DNA of 64,000 nucleotides from Candidatus Omnitrophota bacterium (lineage in GTDB: Bacteria > Omnitrophota > Gorgyraeia > Gygaellales > Profunditerraquicolaceae): positions 11,898 through 75,897 of the forward strand of contig JAQURX010000007.1 of NCBI GenBank assembly GCA_028715415.1, given 5' to 3'. Position 1 is the first letter of the stretch; each line of letters starts with the position of its first letter. Positions 27,558 through 36,475 of this stretch are shown one piece after another. Made by a program: the position numbers and the translations under genes. Below the pieces are notes generated by a model, which was given only the letters and a program-made list of their open reading frames with translations, did no database searches and was not told where the DNA came from.

Positions 27558-29552
27558 ATGTCTGATATTAAGAAGAAAATAGAAGATTTGAGATCGCAGA
27601 TCCGCCAGCACGATTACAAATATTATGTTTTAAGCCAGCCGGTTATTTCAGATAAAGAATATGATAATCTTATTGTTGAGTTAAAAAAGCTTGAAGATGA
27701 ATACCCGCAATTTCTAAGCAGTGATTCTCCTACGGTGCGCCTTAGCGCAGGGGTTCTAGAAGGTTTTCAAACTGTAGGCCATAAACAAAAGATGTTTTCC
27801 TTGGATAACACTTATTCTTTTGATGAGTTAAAAGAATGGTTTGAAAGGGTGCATAAAGGGCTTAAAGCTCAAGAAAAAGTTGAATATGTGGCTGAGTTGA
27901 AGATTGACGGAGTAAGCGCCAATATTACTTACGAGAAAGGCAGGCTTGTAATTGGTGCAACCCGGGGAGATGGCCAAACCGGTGAAGATGTAACTCAGAA
28001 TATTAAAACTATACGCGCAATACCTTTAATTCTGTTAGGTAAAAATATCCCGGAATTAATTGAAATCCGCGGTGAAGTGTATATGGAAAGAAAGGATTTT
28101 GATTCTTTAAACAAAGAAAGAGAAAATGAAGGCGAAGTTTTATTCGCTAATCCCAGGAATGCGGCAAGCGGATCTTTGAAGCTTCTTGATACAAGCATAG
28201 TCGCTAAAAGGCGGTTGAGTTTTTTCGCTCATTCTTTGGGAGAATTAAAAGGTGATAAGATTCTTAATCATTGGGATTTTCTTGAGTCTTTGAAAAACTG
28301 GGGTGTACGCATAAATCCCGACTCCAAACTTTGTAATAGCCCCGAAGAAGTATTGGATTATTGCAAAAAATGGCAGGAGAAAAGAGATAAGGTTACTTAT
28401 GAAATAGATGGAGTGGTGATCAAGGTAAATAGCCTTAGGCAGCAGGAGGCATTAGGCTCTACTTTAAAAAGCCCGCGTTGGGCAGTTGCTTATAAATTCC
28501 CGGCGCGTCAGGCAACTACAGAAATTCTAAAAATAAATATTAATGTGGGCAGGACCGGGGTTATTACTCCTACTGCAGAATTAAAACCGGTTGAGTGTAG
28601 CGGAGTAATTATTAAGCATGCAACACTGCATAATTTTGATGAAATTAAACGTTTAGGCATAAGAGAAGGGGATAGGGTATTAATTGAGCGGGCAGGGGAT
28701 GTTATCCCAAAAGTTGTTAAGGTTGTGGAATCAAAAGGGAGAAAAGCTTTTTCTATCCCGCATGCGTGCCCGGTTTGTTCCGGTAAAGTAATAAAAGAAA
28801 AAGAGGAAGATGTTGCATACCGCTGTATTAATCCATCTTGCCCTGCTCAGCTTGAGCGTGGCCTTTTGCATTTTTCAAGCAGGGATGCTATGGATATAGA
28901 GGGGATGGGTGAAGCAGTAGTAGCCCAACTGGTTAATTTAAAACTAATACATAGCTTTGCAGATATCTATAAATTAAGCTATAATGATTTATCAAAGATA
29001 GAGTTATTTAAGGAAAAGAAGATTAATAATTTGCTCTCGGCGATTCAAAAAAGTAAACAAAAATCCTTATCGCGTTTAATTTTTGCTTTGGGGATTCGTC
29101 ACATCGGAGAAAAGGCAGCGCTCGTTTTAGCAGGGCAATTTAGAACAATAGATAATCTGATAGCTGCAAAAAAGGAAGATTTAGAAAAGATATATGAAGT
29201 TGGCCCCATTGTGTCAGAATCTATCAAAGAATATTTCTCTCTTGCCTCAACAAAGAAATTGATTGAGGATTTAAGAAAGGAAGGATTAAATTTTAAAGAG
29301 GATGCTGGAAGGATAAAAGAGACTGTTTTTACGGGTAAAACTGTAGTTTTTACAGGAGAGCTAAAAGGATTAAGCAGGTCGGCAGCTGAAAATCTGGTAC
29401 GTTCATGCGGTGGAAATGCCGTTAGCAGCGTTAGTAAAAATACCGATTATGTCGTTGTTGGAGAAAACCCGGGTTCTAAATTTGAAAAAGCAAAAAAACT
29501 TAAGGTTAAAGTTATCAATGAAAAAGAATTTCTTGCTTCAACAAGGAGTTAG
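27558..29552 (+). CDS. ligA: NAD-dependent DNA ligase LigA
   Basis: KxDG adenylation motif (ELKIDGVS), an OB domain, a Zn finger (CPVCSGK...C), HhH and BRCT domains; ~660 aa. Confidence 0.95.
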   Translation: MSDIKKKIEDLRSQIRQHDYKYYVLSQPVISDKEYDNLIVELKKLEDEYPQFLSSDSPTVRLSAGVLEGFQTVGHKQKMFSLDNTYSFDELKEWFERVHKGLKAQEKVEYVAELKIDGVSANITYEKGRLVIGATRGDGQTGEDVTQNIKTIRAIPLILLGKNIPELIEIRGEVYMERKDFDSLNKERENEGEVLFANPRNAASGSLKLLDTSIVAKRRLSFFAHSLGELKGDKILNHWDFLESLKNWGVRINPDSKLCNSPEEVLDYCKKWQEKRDKVTYEIDGVVIKVNSLRQQEALGSTLKSPRWAVAYKFPARQATTEILKININVGRTGVITPTAELKPVECSGVIIKHATLHNFDEIKRLGIREGDRVLIERAGDVIPKVVKVVESKGRKAFSIPHACPVCSGKVIKEKEEDVAYRCINPSCPAQLERGLLHFSSRDAMDIEGMGEAVVAQLVNLKLIHSFADIYKLSYNDLSKIELFKEKKINNLLSAIQKSKQKSLSRLIFALGIRHIGEKAALVLAGQFRTIDNLIAAKKEDLEKIYEVGPIVSESIKEYFSLASTKKLIEDLRKEGLNFKEDAGRIKETVFTGKTVVFTGELKGLSRSAAENLVRSCGGNAVSSVSKNTDYVVVGENPGSKFEKAKKLKVKVINEKEFLASTRS

Positions 29553-29556
29553 CCTG

Positions 29557-30072
29557 ATGATAAACAGAATTAACCGAGTTCTCTCGCTGGTTACTGTTTT
29601 TTGTTTAGTGTTTACTTTAGTTGGATGCGAAGCCTTTGTGCGGAAATTCACCCGTAAAAAGAAAAGAGATGTTTCGCAAGACCAGATGGTCCTTGCTCCT
29701 GAGGAATACAAGGGGCCGGGATTAAGCAAGGAGGCTTTATACCGTCAGTACTTTATGTTCTGGAAGACTTGGCATGAAGAATTAGTTGAGGCGTTATTGC
29801 AAAGAAAAAGCCAGAAGAAAGAGCTGGATTGCATTAAGCAGGTCCTAAGGAATCTTGATAATGTCAGGACGGTATTAAATGCAGAAAAACAAAAGAGCCT
29901 GGATGTTTATATTAATCGCCTAAAACGGCTAAACCAAGAAATTAAGGATGATTTATATAATAATAATAGCGTAAATAACAGGTATAGCGCTGAGAGGATA
30001 AAGCGCGATATCTTAAGAGACTTTTCTTATCCGAAAGTAAAAGATTCATTAGTGGAATACAAATATAATTAA
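29557..30072 (+). CDS. hypothetical lipoprotein
   Basis: AAGGAG RBS and a lipobox LVGC after the signal MINRINRVLSLVTVFCLVFT. The track's longer ORF overlaps the ligA 3' end in the same frame and is rejected. Confidence 0.55.
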   Translation: MINRINRVLSLVTVFCLVFTLVGCEAFVRKFTRKKKRDVSQDQMVLAPEEYKGPGLSKEALYRQYFMFWKTWHEELVEALLQRKSQKKELDCIKQVLRNLDNVRTVLNAEKQKSLDVYINRLKRLNQEIKDDLYNNNSVNNRYSAERIKRDILRDFSYPKVKDSLVEYKYN

Positions 30073-30076
30073 TTCA

Positions 30077-30703
30077 ATGATATTAGAATCTGTACATGTG
30101 GGAGCGATGGATGTAAATTGTTATATCCTTGCTTCTTCTGAAGGCTCAAAAGCGATAATTATTGATCCGGGTGCTCAAGAACGCAGGATCCAGAAGGTTC
30201 TGGATAAACATAAATTAACACCGGCTTTCATTGTGAACACCCACGGCCACTATGATCATATTGGCTGCGATGATAAATTCGGAGTTAAGGTCTATGTGCA
30301 CAAACTCGACTCAGAGATGTTAAAGAACCCGCAGCTTAATTTCTCCGCTTTCTTCTCGATTCCTTATAGCGTTAATTCTGAAATAGAAGAATTAGAAGAA
30401 GGCAGCCTTCTTGAGCTCGATGATTTACAGTTAAAAGTATTGCATATCCCGGGGCACTCAAAAGGAGGTATTGCTTTATTAATGCTAAAGCCCGAAGGAA
30501 GTAATATCGTCTTTACAGGGGATAGCCTGTTTCGCCATAGCATAGGAAGGTCGGATTTAAATGGCGGGAATGAAGATTTACTTAAAAAGAATATAAAAGA
30601 AAAGTTATTAGCTTTGCCTCCAGAAACCATAGTTTATCCGGGCCACGGAGATTCTACTACAATCAGCGAAGAAATAAATAATAACCCATTTTTTCTCTTA
30701 TGA
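30077..30703 (+). CDS. MBL-fold metallo-hydrolase (glyoxalase II-like)
   Basis: HxHxDH motif (THGHYDHIG). Confidence 0.8.
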   Translation: MILESVHVGAMDVNCYILASSEGSKAIIIDPGAQERRIQKVLDKHKLTPAFIVNTHGHYDHIGCDDKFGVKVYVHKLDSEMLKNPQLNFSAFFSIPYSVNSEIEELEEGSLLELDDLQLKVLHIPGHSKGGIALLMLKPEGSNIVFTGDSLFRHSIGRSDLNGGNEDLLKKNIKEKLLALPPETIVYPGHGDSTTISEEINNNPFFLL

Positions 30704-31587
30704 AAGAATTAATTGATACATTTCTTGATTATCTGTCTGTTGAGCGGGGGCTTTCTTCCAATACCATCTCTTCTTATCGGCAGGACCTTAACTTTTATTT
30801 AGATTACATTGCTCAATTGCGAATCGACGCGCTTTCAAAAATTACAAAGAATGATATTACAAATTTCATGATTAACCAGAAAGATAAAGGTATATCGCCA
30901 AATTCTATTGCCAGAAGACTTGCTGCAATTAGGATGTTTCATAGGTTTTTGTCCCGAGAGAGGATTTTAAAGGCAGACCCGACGGATCTTGTTGATACTC
31001 CGAAATTGTGGAAAAAAATTCCCGAAACTTTAAGCTTAAACGAAGTTGAGTCTTTGATAAATCAGCCTGATATAAGGCAAACTCAGGGTATAAGGGATAA
31101 AGCTATTTTGGAAACTTTGTATGCTACAGGGATGCGGGTATCGGAGGCAGTTAATTTAAGATTGGATAATGTGAATTTGGATGTTGGTTTCTTGCGTTGT
31201 ATCGGCAAGGGCAATAAGGAAAGAGTTATCCCTTTGGGCAAGAAAGCAGTTTCCTATATCAAAAAATATCTGGATGAATCGCGACCGAAATTATTAAAAA
31301 AGAGCCAGTCTGATTATTTATTTATAAGCCGTTTAGGAAAAAATATTTCAAGGCAGTCATTTTGGAAGATGATTAAAAGATATGCGCGTCAGGCTGGGAT
31401 TAAGAAGACAATGAAGCCTCATATAATGAGGCATTCTTTTGCTACTCATTTGTTGGAACACGGCGCAGATTTACGTTCTGTGCAAGAGATGTTGGGTCAC
31501 GCGAATATTTCTACAACACAAATTTACACGCATATAAATAAAGAAAGACTAAAGTCGGTGCATAAAATGTTTCATCCCAGGCCTTAG
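30700..31587 (+). CDS. xerD: tyrosine site-specific recombinase XerD/XerC
   Basis: C-terminal R...HxxR...Y catalytic box (HIMRHSFATHLLEHGADLRSVQEMLGHANISTTQIYTH). Confidence 0.85.
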   Translation: MKELIDTFLDYLSVERGLSSNTISSYRQDLNFYLDYIAQLRIDALSKITKNDITNFMINQKDKGISPNSIARRLAAIRMFHRFLSRERILKADPTDLVDTPKLWKKIPETLSLNEVESLINQPDIRQTQGIRDKAILETLYATGMRVSEAVNLRLDNVNLDVGFLRCIGKGNKERVIPLGKKAVSYIKKYLDESRPKLLKKSQSDYLFISRLGKNISRQSFWKMIKRYARQAGIKKTMKPHIMRHSFATHLLEHGADLRSVQEMLGHANISTTQIYTHINKERLKSVHKMFHPRP

Positions 31588-31640
31588 ATTTGAGTAAATA
31601 TAAGTAAGTTTAGTTAATTAAGAGTAAACTTAGGTAAATC

Positions 31641-32909
31641 ATGAAAGAGTATTTAAAAAAACTTCCGCAAGAGATTCAGGGGTTAATTAAATTGGCAGGA
31701 GAAGTTGCCTCCAGCAGAAATATGCCGGCTTATTTAGTAGGAGGGTTTGTACGGGATTTAATTTTAGGAGTCCCTAACCTTGATTTGGATATAGTAGTAG
31801 AAGGCGATGGAATTTCTTTTGCGCAGGATTTTGGCTGTGCTTTAAGAAAAAAGATTATACGCCATCTGCGTTTTGGTACAGCTACGATTATGTATAGCGA
31901 TGAACTTAAGATTGATATTGCTACTGCGCGCAAGGAATATTACCCTAAGCCTGCGCATCTTCCGGTAATTGAAGGCAGCAGCCTTAAAGACGATCATTTC
32001 AGAAGGGATTTTACAATTAACGCTATGGCAATAGCCATAAATACTGCTTCTTTTGGTAAGCTTATTGATACTTTTGGTGGCGTGGAAGATTTAAGGAATA
32101 AAAAGATACGCATATTGCACGATTTAAGCTTTATTGATGATCCGACGCGGATTTTAAGAGCAGTGCGTTTTGAGCAAAGGTATAATTTCAAGATTGAGCC
32201 TAAGACATTAAAGCTTTTAAAACAAGCTGTAAACGCTAAAATGCTAGAAAAGGTTGAGCCTCAGAGGACCCGCGATGAACTTGTTCTGGCATTAAAAGAA
32301 GAGCGGCCTTTAAAAGAGATTAAGCGGCTTAAGGAAATAGCAGGTTTTGGATTCTTAAGCCCACTTCTTATTTTAAAGAAAAACAATTATGATTTGTTGG
32401 TGCAGATTGAGAAAGAAGTAAACTGGTTTAAAAAGAATTATTCTGAGCGCAGGAATCTTGATACTTGGTTAATTTATCTTATCGGTTTAACAGACGCTCT
32501 TAATAAAAAAAGCGTTGAAGATATCTGCCGCAGGTTTTCTTTCCGGCGCGGTGAAACAAAAAGATTGCTAAACTATAAAGAAATCAGTCCGAAATCAATT
32601 ATTAAACTTGCTAAATTAAAGGTTAAGCCATCGTGGATTTTCTCTTTCTTTGAGCCTTTAAGTTATGAGGTTATTATTGCGCTTAAGGCTAAATATAAGA
32701 ATAAATACATCCAGAAGCACATAAAAGATTTCTTTGAAATTTATAATGGTATGAGTATACTTTGCTGTGGGGAAGATCTAAGGAAAATAGGTATTTTGCC
32801 CGGGCCGCATTATCAGAATATTTTCTCAAAGGTTTTAAACGCGAAGCTTAATGGAGAAGTAAAGACAAAGGAAGATGAGCTGTTATTAATTAGAAAATTG
32901 TTTAATTAA
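31641..32909 (+). CDS. cca: tRNA nucleotidyltransferase / poly(A) polymerase family (CCA-adding enzyme head domain, no HD domain)
   Basis: GGFVRDLILG...DLDIVVEGD class II nucleotidyltransferase motif. Confidence 0.75.
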   Translation: MKEYLKKLPQEIQGLIKLAGEVASSRNMPAYLVGGFVRDLILGVPNLDLDIVVEGDGISFAQDFGCALRKKIIRHLRFGTATIMYSDELKIDIATARKEYYPKPAHLPVIEGSSLKDDHFRRDFTINAMAIAINTASFGKLIDTFGGVEDLRNKKIRILHDLSFIDDPTRILRAVRFEQRYNFKIEPKTLKLLKQAVNAKMLEKVEPQRTRDELVLALKEERPLKEIKRLKEIAGFGFLSPLLILKKNNYDLLVQIEKEVNWFKKNYSERRNLDTWLIYLIGLTDALNKKSVEDICRRFSFRRGETKRLLNYKEISPKSIIKLAKLKVKPSWIFSFFEPLSYEVIIALKAKYKNKYIQKHIKDFFEIYNGMSILCCGEDLRKIGILPGPHYQNIFSKVLNAKLNGEVKTKEDELLLIRKLFN

Positions 32910-32929
32910 TTGCATAAGGAGTAATACAA

Positions 32930-33319
32930 ATGGGCAGGATTGACAAAGTAGCAGAAGCGATTAAAAAGGAAGTGAGCCTTATTATCCATGATGAGTTAAA
33001 AGACCCTCGTCTAGGATTTGTTACAATTACGAATGTTGAGGTAACTAAAGATTTGCGGGTTGCTAAAATCTTCTTTAGTGTTTTGGGTAAAGAAGAGGAT
33101 CGTAAGAAAACTAAGGCTGCCCTTGATTCCGCATCGGGGTTCATTCGTAAACACGTTACTGAAACGATAAACCTGAAGTTCTCCCCGGAGATTATTTTTA
33201 GGGAGGACAGGTCAAGCGAATATAGCTGTAGGATAGAAGAAGTGTTAAATGAAATAAAAGAGATGGAGAAAACAGATGAGCCTAAAAAAAGCCGCAGAAG
33301 CAATAAAAAAGTACAGTAA
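32930..33319 (+). CDS. rbfA: ribosome-binding factor A
   Basis: RIDKVAEAIKKEVSLII...LGFVTITNVEVTKDLRVAKIFFSV is the RbfA signature. Confidence 0.9.
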   Translation: MGRIDKVAEAIKKEVSLIIHDELKDPRLGFVTITNVEVTKDLRVAKIFFSVLGKEEDRKKTKAALDSASGFIRKHVTETINLKFSPEIIFREDRSSEYSCRIEEVLNEIKEMEKTDEPKKSRRSNKKVQ

Positions 33320-34253
33320 GTTTTTAATTACGGCGCATACAAGTTTGGAGGGAGATGCCTTAGGCTCGGAATTGGCTTTTTATATGTTGCTTAGGAAGTT
33401 AGGAAAAGAAGCCTATATTGTCAATGAGGACGGGATTCCTTATGAATATGGATTCCTGCCTCGCAAAGAAATTGTAAGAAAATTTGATAAAGGGGTTTTA
33501 AGGTTGGATTTTGATTGTTTTGTAGCTTTGGATTGTTCTGACTTGCGCCGCACCGGAGAGGTCTATAAATTAAATTCAAAGTATGCCCCCGTTATAAATA
33601 TTGACCACCACATCAGCAATGAAATGTTTGGAGATGTGAACTGGGTTGATCCGCATTCTTCTTCAGCTTCGGAGATGATTTATCGTCTTTACAAATATAT
33701 GCATATCGCTTTTACTGACGAGTCAGCGCTATTTTTATATGTAGGTATTTTTACCGATACCGGGTCATTCAGATATTCCAACACAACTTCTTTCACCCAT
33801 AAGGCAGCTTCTGAGCTTTTAAAATTTAAAATTAGCGTTCCTCAGGTGTATAATAATGTTTACGGTAATATCCCTTATCAGGATATTAAAGCGTTAACCA
33901 GAATCTTCCCGAATTTAAAACTTGAATCCGCAGGTAAGATTGCTTGGGTCCAGATTGAACGCGCAATGCTTAAAGAAAGCGAGCAGTCTTTTGATATAGC
34001 AGACCACGTTTTAAGTTTTGCGCGTGCAATAAGAGGAGTAGAGGTTGTCGTTCTCTTCAGGCATAACTTGGGCGTTAAGGATGAAATTAGAATAAATTTC
34101 CGTTCACAAGGCAAGGTTGATGTAAATAAAATTGCCAAGGAATTTGGCGGCGGGGGCCATAAGACAGCTAGCGGAGCAACTGTCCGAGGCGATATTAATC
34201 AAGTCAGGAGAAAAGTCTTAAGTAGGATTAAGGAAGAAGTGTCAAAATTATAA
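33276..34253 (+). CDS. nrnA: bifunctional oligoribonuclease / pAp phosphatase NrnA (DHH-DHHA1)
   Basis: DHH motifs (DGDALGS, NIDHH) and a C-terminal GGGH. It overlaps rbfA as in the infB-rbfA-nrnA arrangement. Confidence 0.85.
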   Translation: MSLKKAAEAIKKYSKFLITAHTSLEGDALGSELAFYMLLRKLGKEAYIVNEDGIPYEYGFLPRKEIVRKFDKGVLRLDFDCFVALDCSDLRRTGEVYKLNSKYAPVINIDHHISNEMFGDVNWVDPHSSSASEMIYRLYKYMHIAFTDESALFLYVGIFTDTGSFRYSNTTSFTHKAASELLKFKISVPQVYNNVYGNIPYQDIKALTRIFPNLKLESAGKIAWVQIERAMLKESEQSFDIADHVLSFARAIRGVEVVVLFRHNLGVKDEIRINFRSQGKVDVNKIAKEFGGGGHKTASGATVRGDINQVRRKVLSRIKEEVSKL

Positions 34254-34286
34254 AAGGGTCAGGATATTAATAAGGAGGGCAAGGCT

Positions 34287-34481
34287 ATGGATCGGAGAGA
34301 AGAGATTAAGAGGCTGGCGGAGTCTTTGTATATTAGAGACGGGCGGAAGAATGATAAGACTTTAGATTATTGGCTTAAGGCAGAAAGAATAGTCCTTCGC
34401 CGCCAGAAGATTCTGAAGTATATGATAGTGGCTATACTTTTGATTGGTATCATGTCTTGGTTATTTCAGCAGAAGATATAA
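34287..34481 (+). CDS. DUF2934-like small protein with C-terminal TM helix
   Basis: IKRLAESLYIRDGRKNDKTLDYWLKAERIV resembles the DUF2934 motif (R..A...W...G.P.G...DW..AE). Confidence 0.45.
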   Translation: MDRREEIKRLAESLYIRDGRKNDKTLDYWLKAERIVLRRQKILKYMIVAILLIGIMSWLFQQKI

Positions 34482-34502
34482 GATTTTTCTATTGTTACTT
34501 CT

Positions 34503-34928
34503 AAATATTCTTTTAATGAATCCGCCGTTTTTAAGTTTGAATTTTAGTGTTTCGCTTTCGGCGCTGAAAATTTTTGCCGTGCGCTGCGATTTACCGCGTC
34601 GCTTCGGCTTAGCATTCTCTTGGGAGCCGTCCTTCGCTCCTCGTAAATCTTTGCGCACTAATCTTAATAGCTGTGCCAAAAATTTTCTAATGCGCCTCCA
34701 GCAAAACACTAAAATTCATATTCGCTCGAATAAACAACAGATTCATTAAAAATAGTAAAGATATTAGCGGCTGACTTGGCTTGATTCTCGCAGCATGTAG
34801 TTTGTGCGAGCGGCCATGGTTCACCCGCTATAAACTCCAGTGAGAGCGAGCGCAAACTCCAAGCGAGTCCCGCCACGGTGGGGCGGGACGAGCGGTGCTG
34901 CGAGAACAAGACAAGGCAGACGCGACAA
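34503..34928. repeat. GC-rich composite repeat element, copy B (core 34557-34658 inverted relative to copy A; 13-bp inverted repeat 34540-34552 / 34704-34716 flanks the core)
   Basis: The reverse complement of 34557-34658 is ~93% identical to 10422-10523. It shares the left module attcttttaatgaatcYgcc and the right module gagaacaagacaaggcagacgcg with copy A. Confidence 0.8.
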
Positions 34929-34940
34929 GTATAATTTATT

Positions 34941-35879
34941 ATGAAAGTAATCTGTGGGTTAAATAAGATTAAGAAATTCCCCAAGCCGGTAGTTTGCCTT
35001 GGGGTTTTTGATGGGATGCATCTTGGCCACATTAGGATTTTAAAAGATGCTGTTAAGACTGCCCGGAGAATAAATGGGACAAGCATCGTTGTAACCTTCT
35101 GTCCGCATCCGCAGAAAAAAGAAAGTTTGTATTCATTAGAGCATAGGCTTAGGTTGATTGCAGAGCAGGGAGTTCAAGTCTGCATTGTTATAAATTTCAC
35201 AGAAAGTTTTGCTAAAACCCTTGCTTATGATTTTGTTAAAGAAATCGTACATGATAAAATTGGCGCAAATTTTGTTTATGTCGGAAAGAATTTTCGTTTC
35301 GGTAAGCATGCCGCAGGCAGTGTTAATTTCTTAAGAAAATTATCCTCCGAATTCAATTTTAAATTGAAATCTTTTGGAGTGCTTAATAGCGACGGAAAGC
35401 CAATCAGTAGTACTTTGATACGTAATTTAAATAAGTCTGGAAAATTAAGTTACGCGGAAAGAGTCTTAGGCCGTCCTGTAAGCGTCCTTGGAACTGTTGT
35501 CCATGGAAATTCTATTGCAAGAAAATTGGGATACTCAACCGCAAACATTAATCCGCATCATGAAGTAATCCCCCCGACGGGTGTTTATGCAGTTGAGGCG
35601 ATTTTAGAGAAAGAGAGATTAAGAGGAATCTGCAATATTGGCGTTCGCCCTACCTTTAGGAAGCCAGGGCCTATAGATGATAGCGCAAAGCATATTGAAG
35701 TGCATGTTTTTAATTTTCACAGGAATATTTATGGAAAATATATTGAGATTCAGTTTTTTAAGAAGATAAGAGAAGAGGTAAAATTCAAAAACTCCTCTTT
35801 ATTAATTAAACAAATTAAAAAAGACATTAATAAAGTCAAAAGCCTGTTTCATCTCCCCAAGAAACACCACAATATATAG
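34941..35879 (+). CDS. ribF: bifunctional riboflavin kinase / FMN adenylyltransferase
   Basis: GVFDGMHLGHIRIL FAD synthetase motif and a C-terminal riboflavin kinase domain. Confidence 0.9.
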   Translation: MKVICGLNKIKKFPKPVVCLGVFDGMHLGHIRILKDAVKTARRINGTSIVVTFCPHPQKKESLYSLEHRLRLIAEQGVQVCIVINFTESFAKTLAYDFVKEIVHDKIGANFVYVGKNFRFGKHAAGSVNFLRKLSSEFNFKLKSFGVLNSDGKPISSTLIRNLNKSGKLSYAERVLGRPVSVLGTVVHGNSIARKLGYSTANINPHHEVIPPTGVYAVEAILEKERLRGICNIGVRPTFRKPGPIDDSAKHIEVHVFNFHRNIYGKYIEIQFFKKIREEVKFKNSSLLIKQIKKDINKVKSLFHLPKKHHNI

Positions 35880-35940
35880 CCATCCTTCATAGTAAAAGCC
35901 ACTAGTAGTTGTATTTATTAAATTTAGGAAAATATTTTTC

Positions 35941-35969
35941 TTGACAATATATGCCTTTTTGTCTATACT
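35941..35969 (+). promoter_or_regulatory. sigma70 consensus promoter of the dcw cluster (TTGACA-N17-TATACT)
   Basis: Perfect -35 hexamer and a near-perfect -10 with 17-nt spacing, ~50 nt upstream of the mraZ ATG. Confidence 0.7.
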
Positions 35970-35979
35970 TTTGTTACAA

Positions 35980-36005
35980 AGTGGCACAGAGTGGAGCAAA
36001 GTGGA
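35980..36005 (+). promoter_or_regulatory. putative MraZ operator: three direct GTGG repeats on a 10-bp register (aGTGGcacagaGTGGagcaaaGTGGaaagg)
   Basis: Direct repeats read from the sequence, lying between the -10 hexamer and the mraZ start. MraZ is known to bind tandem GTGGG-type repeats in its own promoter. Confidence 0.55.
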
Positions 36006-36016
36006 AAGGATAGAAA

Positions 36017-36463
36017 ATGTTCTATGGTGAGTATTCACATAGCATAGACCGTAAAGGCCGCATTATATTGCCTGCTAAATTCCGCGACGTGGCAAAAAGC
36101 CATTTCATTGAAAAGTTTTTTGTTACTCGCGGTTTAGATACTTGTCTTTTTGTTTTCTCTGAAGAAGAGTGGCGTTCGCAAGAAAATAAATTTAAGGCTA
36201 TTTCTTTTACCAAACAGCAAGCCCGTACATTTAACCGTCTGTATTTCTCCGGAGCTCAGGAAGTTACTTTTGATTCGCAAGGGAGAATGCTTATACCGCA
36301 ATATTTAAAAGATTATGCTGCGATAAAAAAGGATGTGGTTATTGTAGGTGTTTCAAACAGGATTGAAATTTGGTCTAAAGACAAATGGCAGGAATTCTAC
36401 GGGAATTCTCGGCAGTCCTTTGAAGAGATCGCTGAAAAATTAATGGATGAAAAAACAGCATAA
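36017..36463 (+). CDS. mraZ: transcriptional regulator MraZ
   Basis: Duplicated SpoVT/AbrB-like halves (DRKGRIILPAKFR ... DSQGRMLIPQYL). Confidence 0.9.
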   Translation: MFYGEYSHSIDRKGRIILPAKFRDVAKSHFIEKFFVTRGLDTCLFVFSEEEWRSQENKFKAISFTKQQARTFNRLYFSGAQEVTFDSQGRMLIPQYLKDYAAIKKDVVIVGVSNRIEIWSKDKWQEFYGNSRQSFEEIAEKLMDEKTA

Positions 36464-36475
36464 GGTTTTTAGAAA

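Noticed and set aside
29410-29556. Extended 220-aa ORF overlapping the 3' end of ligA.
   Set aside because: It uses the same frame-offset region as the ligA C-terminus. The real product is a lipoprotein starting at 29557, with an AAGGAG RBS and an LVGC lipobox immediately after the ligA stop.
30700-31587. xerD as the recombinase responsible for the candidate invertible repeat segments.
   Set aside because: It is a plain chromosomal XerC/D-type recombinase in a housekeeping context, 3 kb or more from any repeat copy. Nothing in the sequence links it to the repeats.
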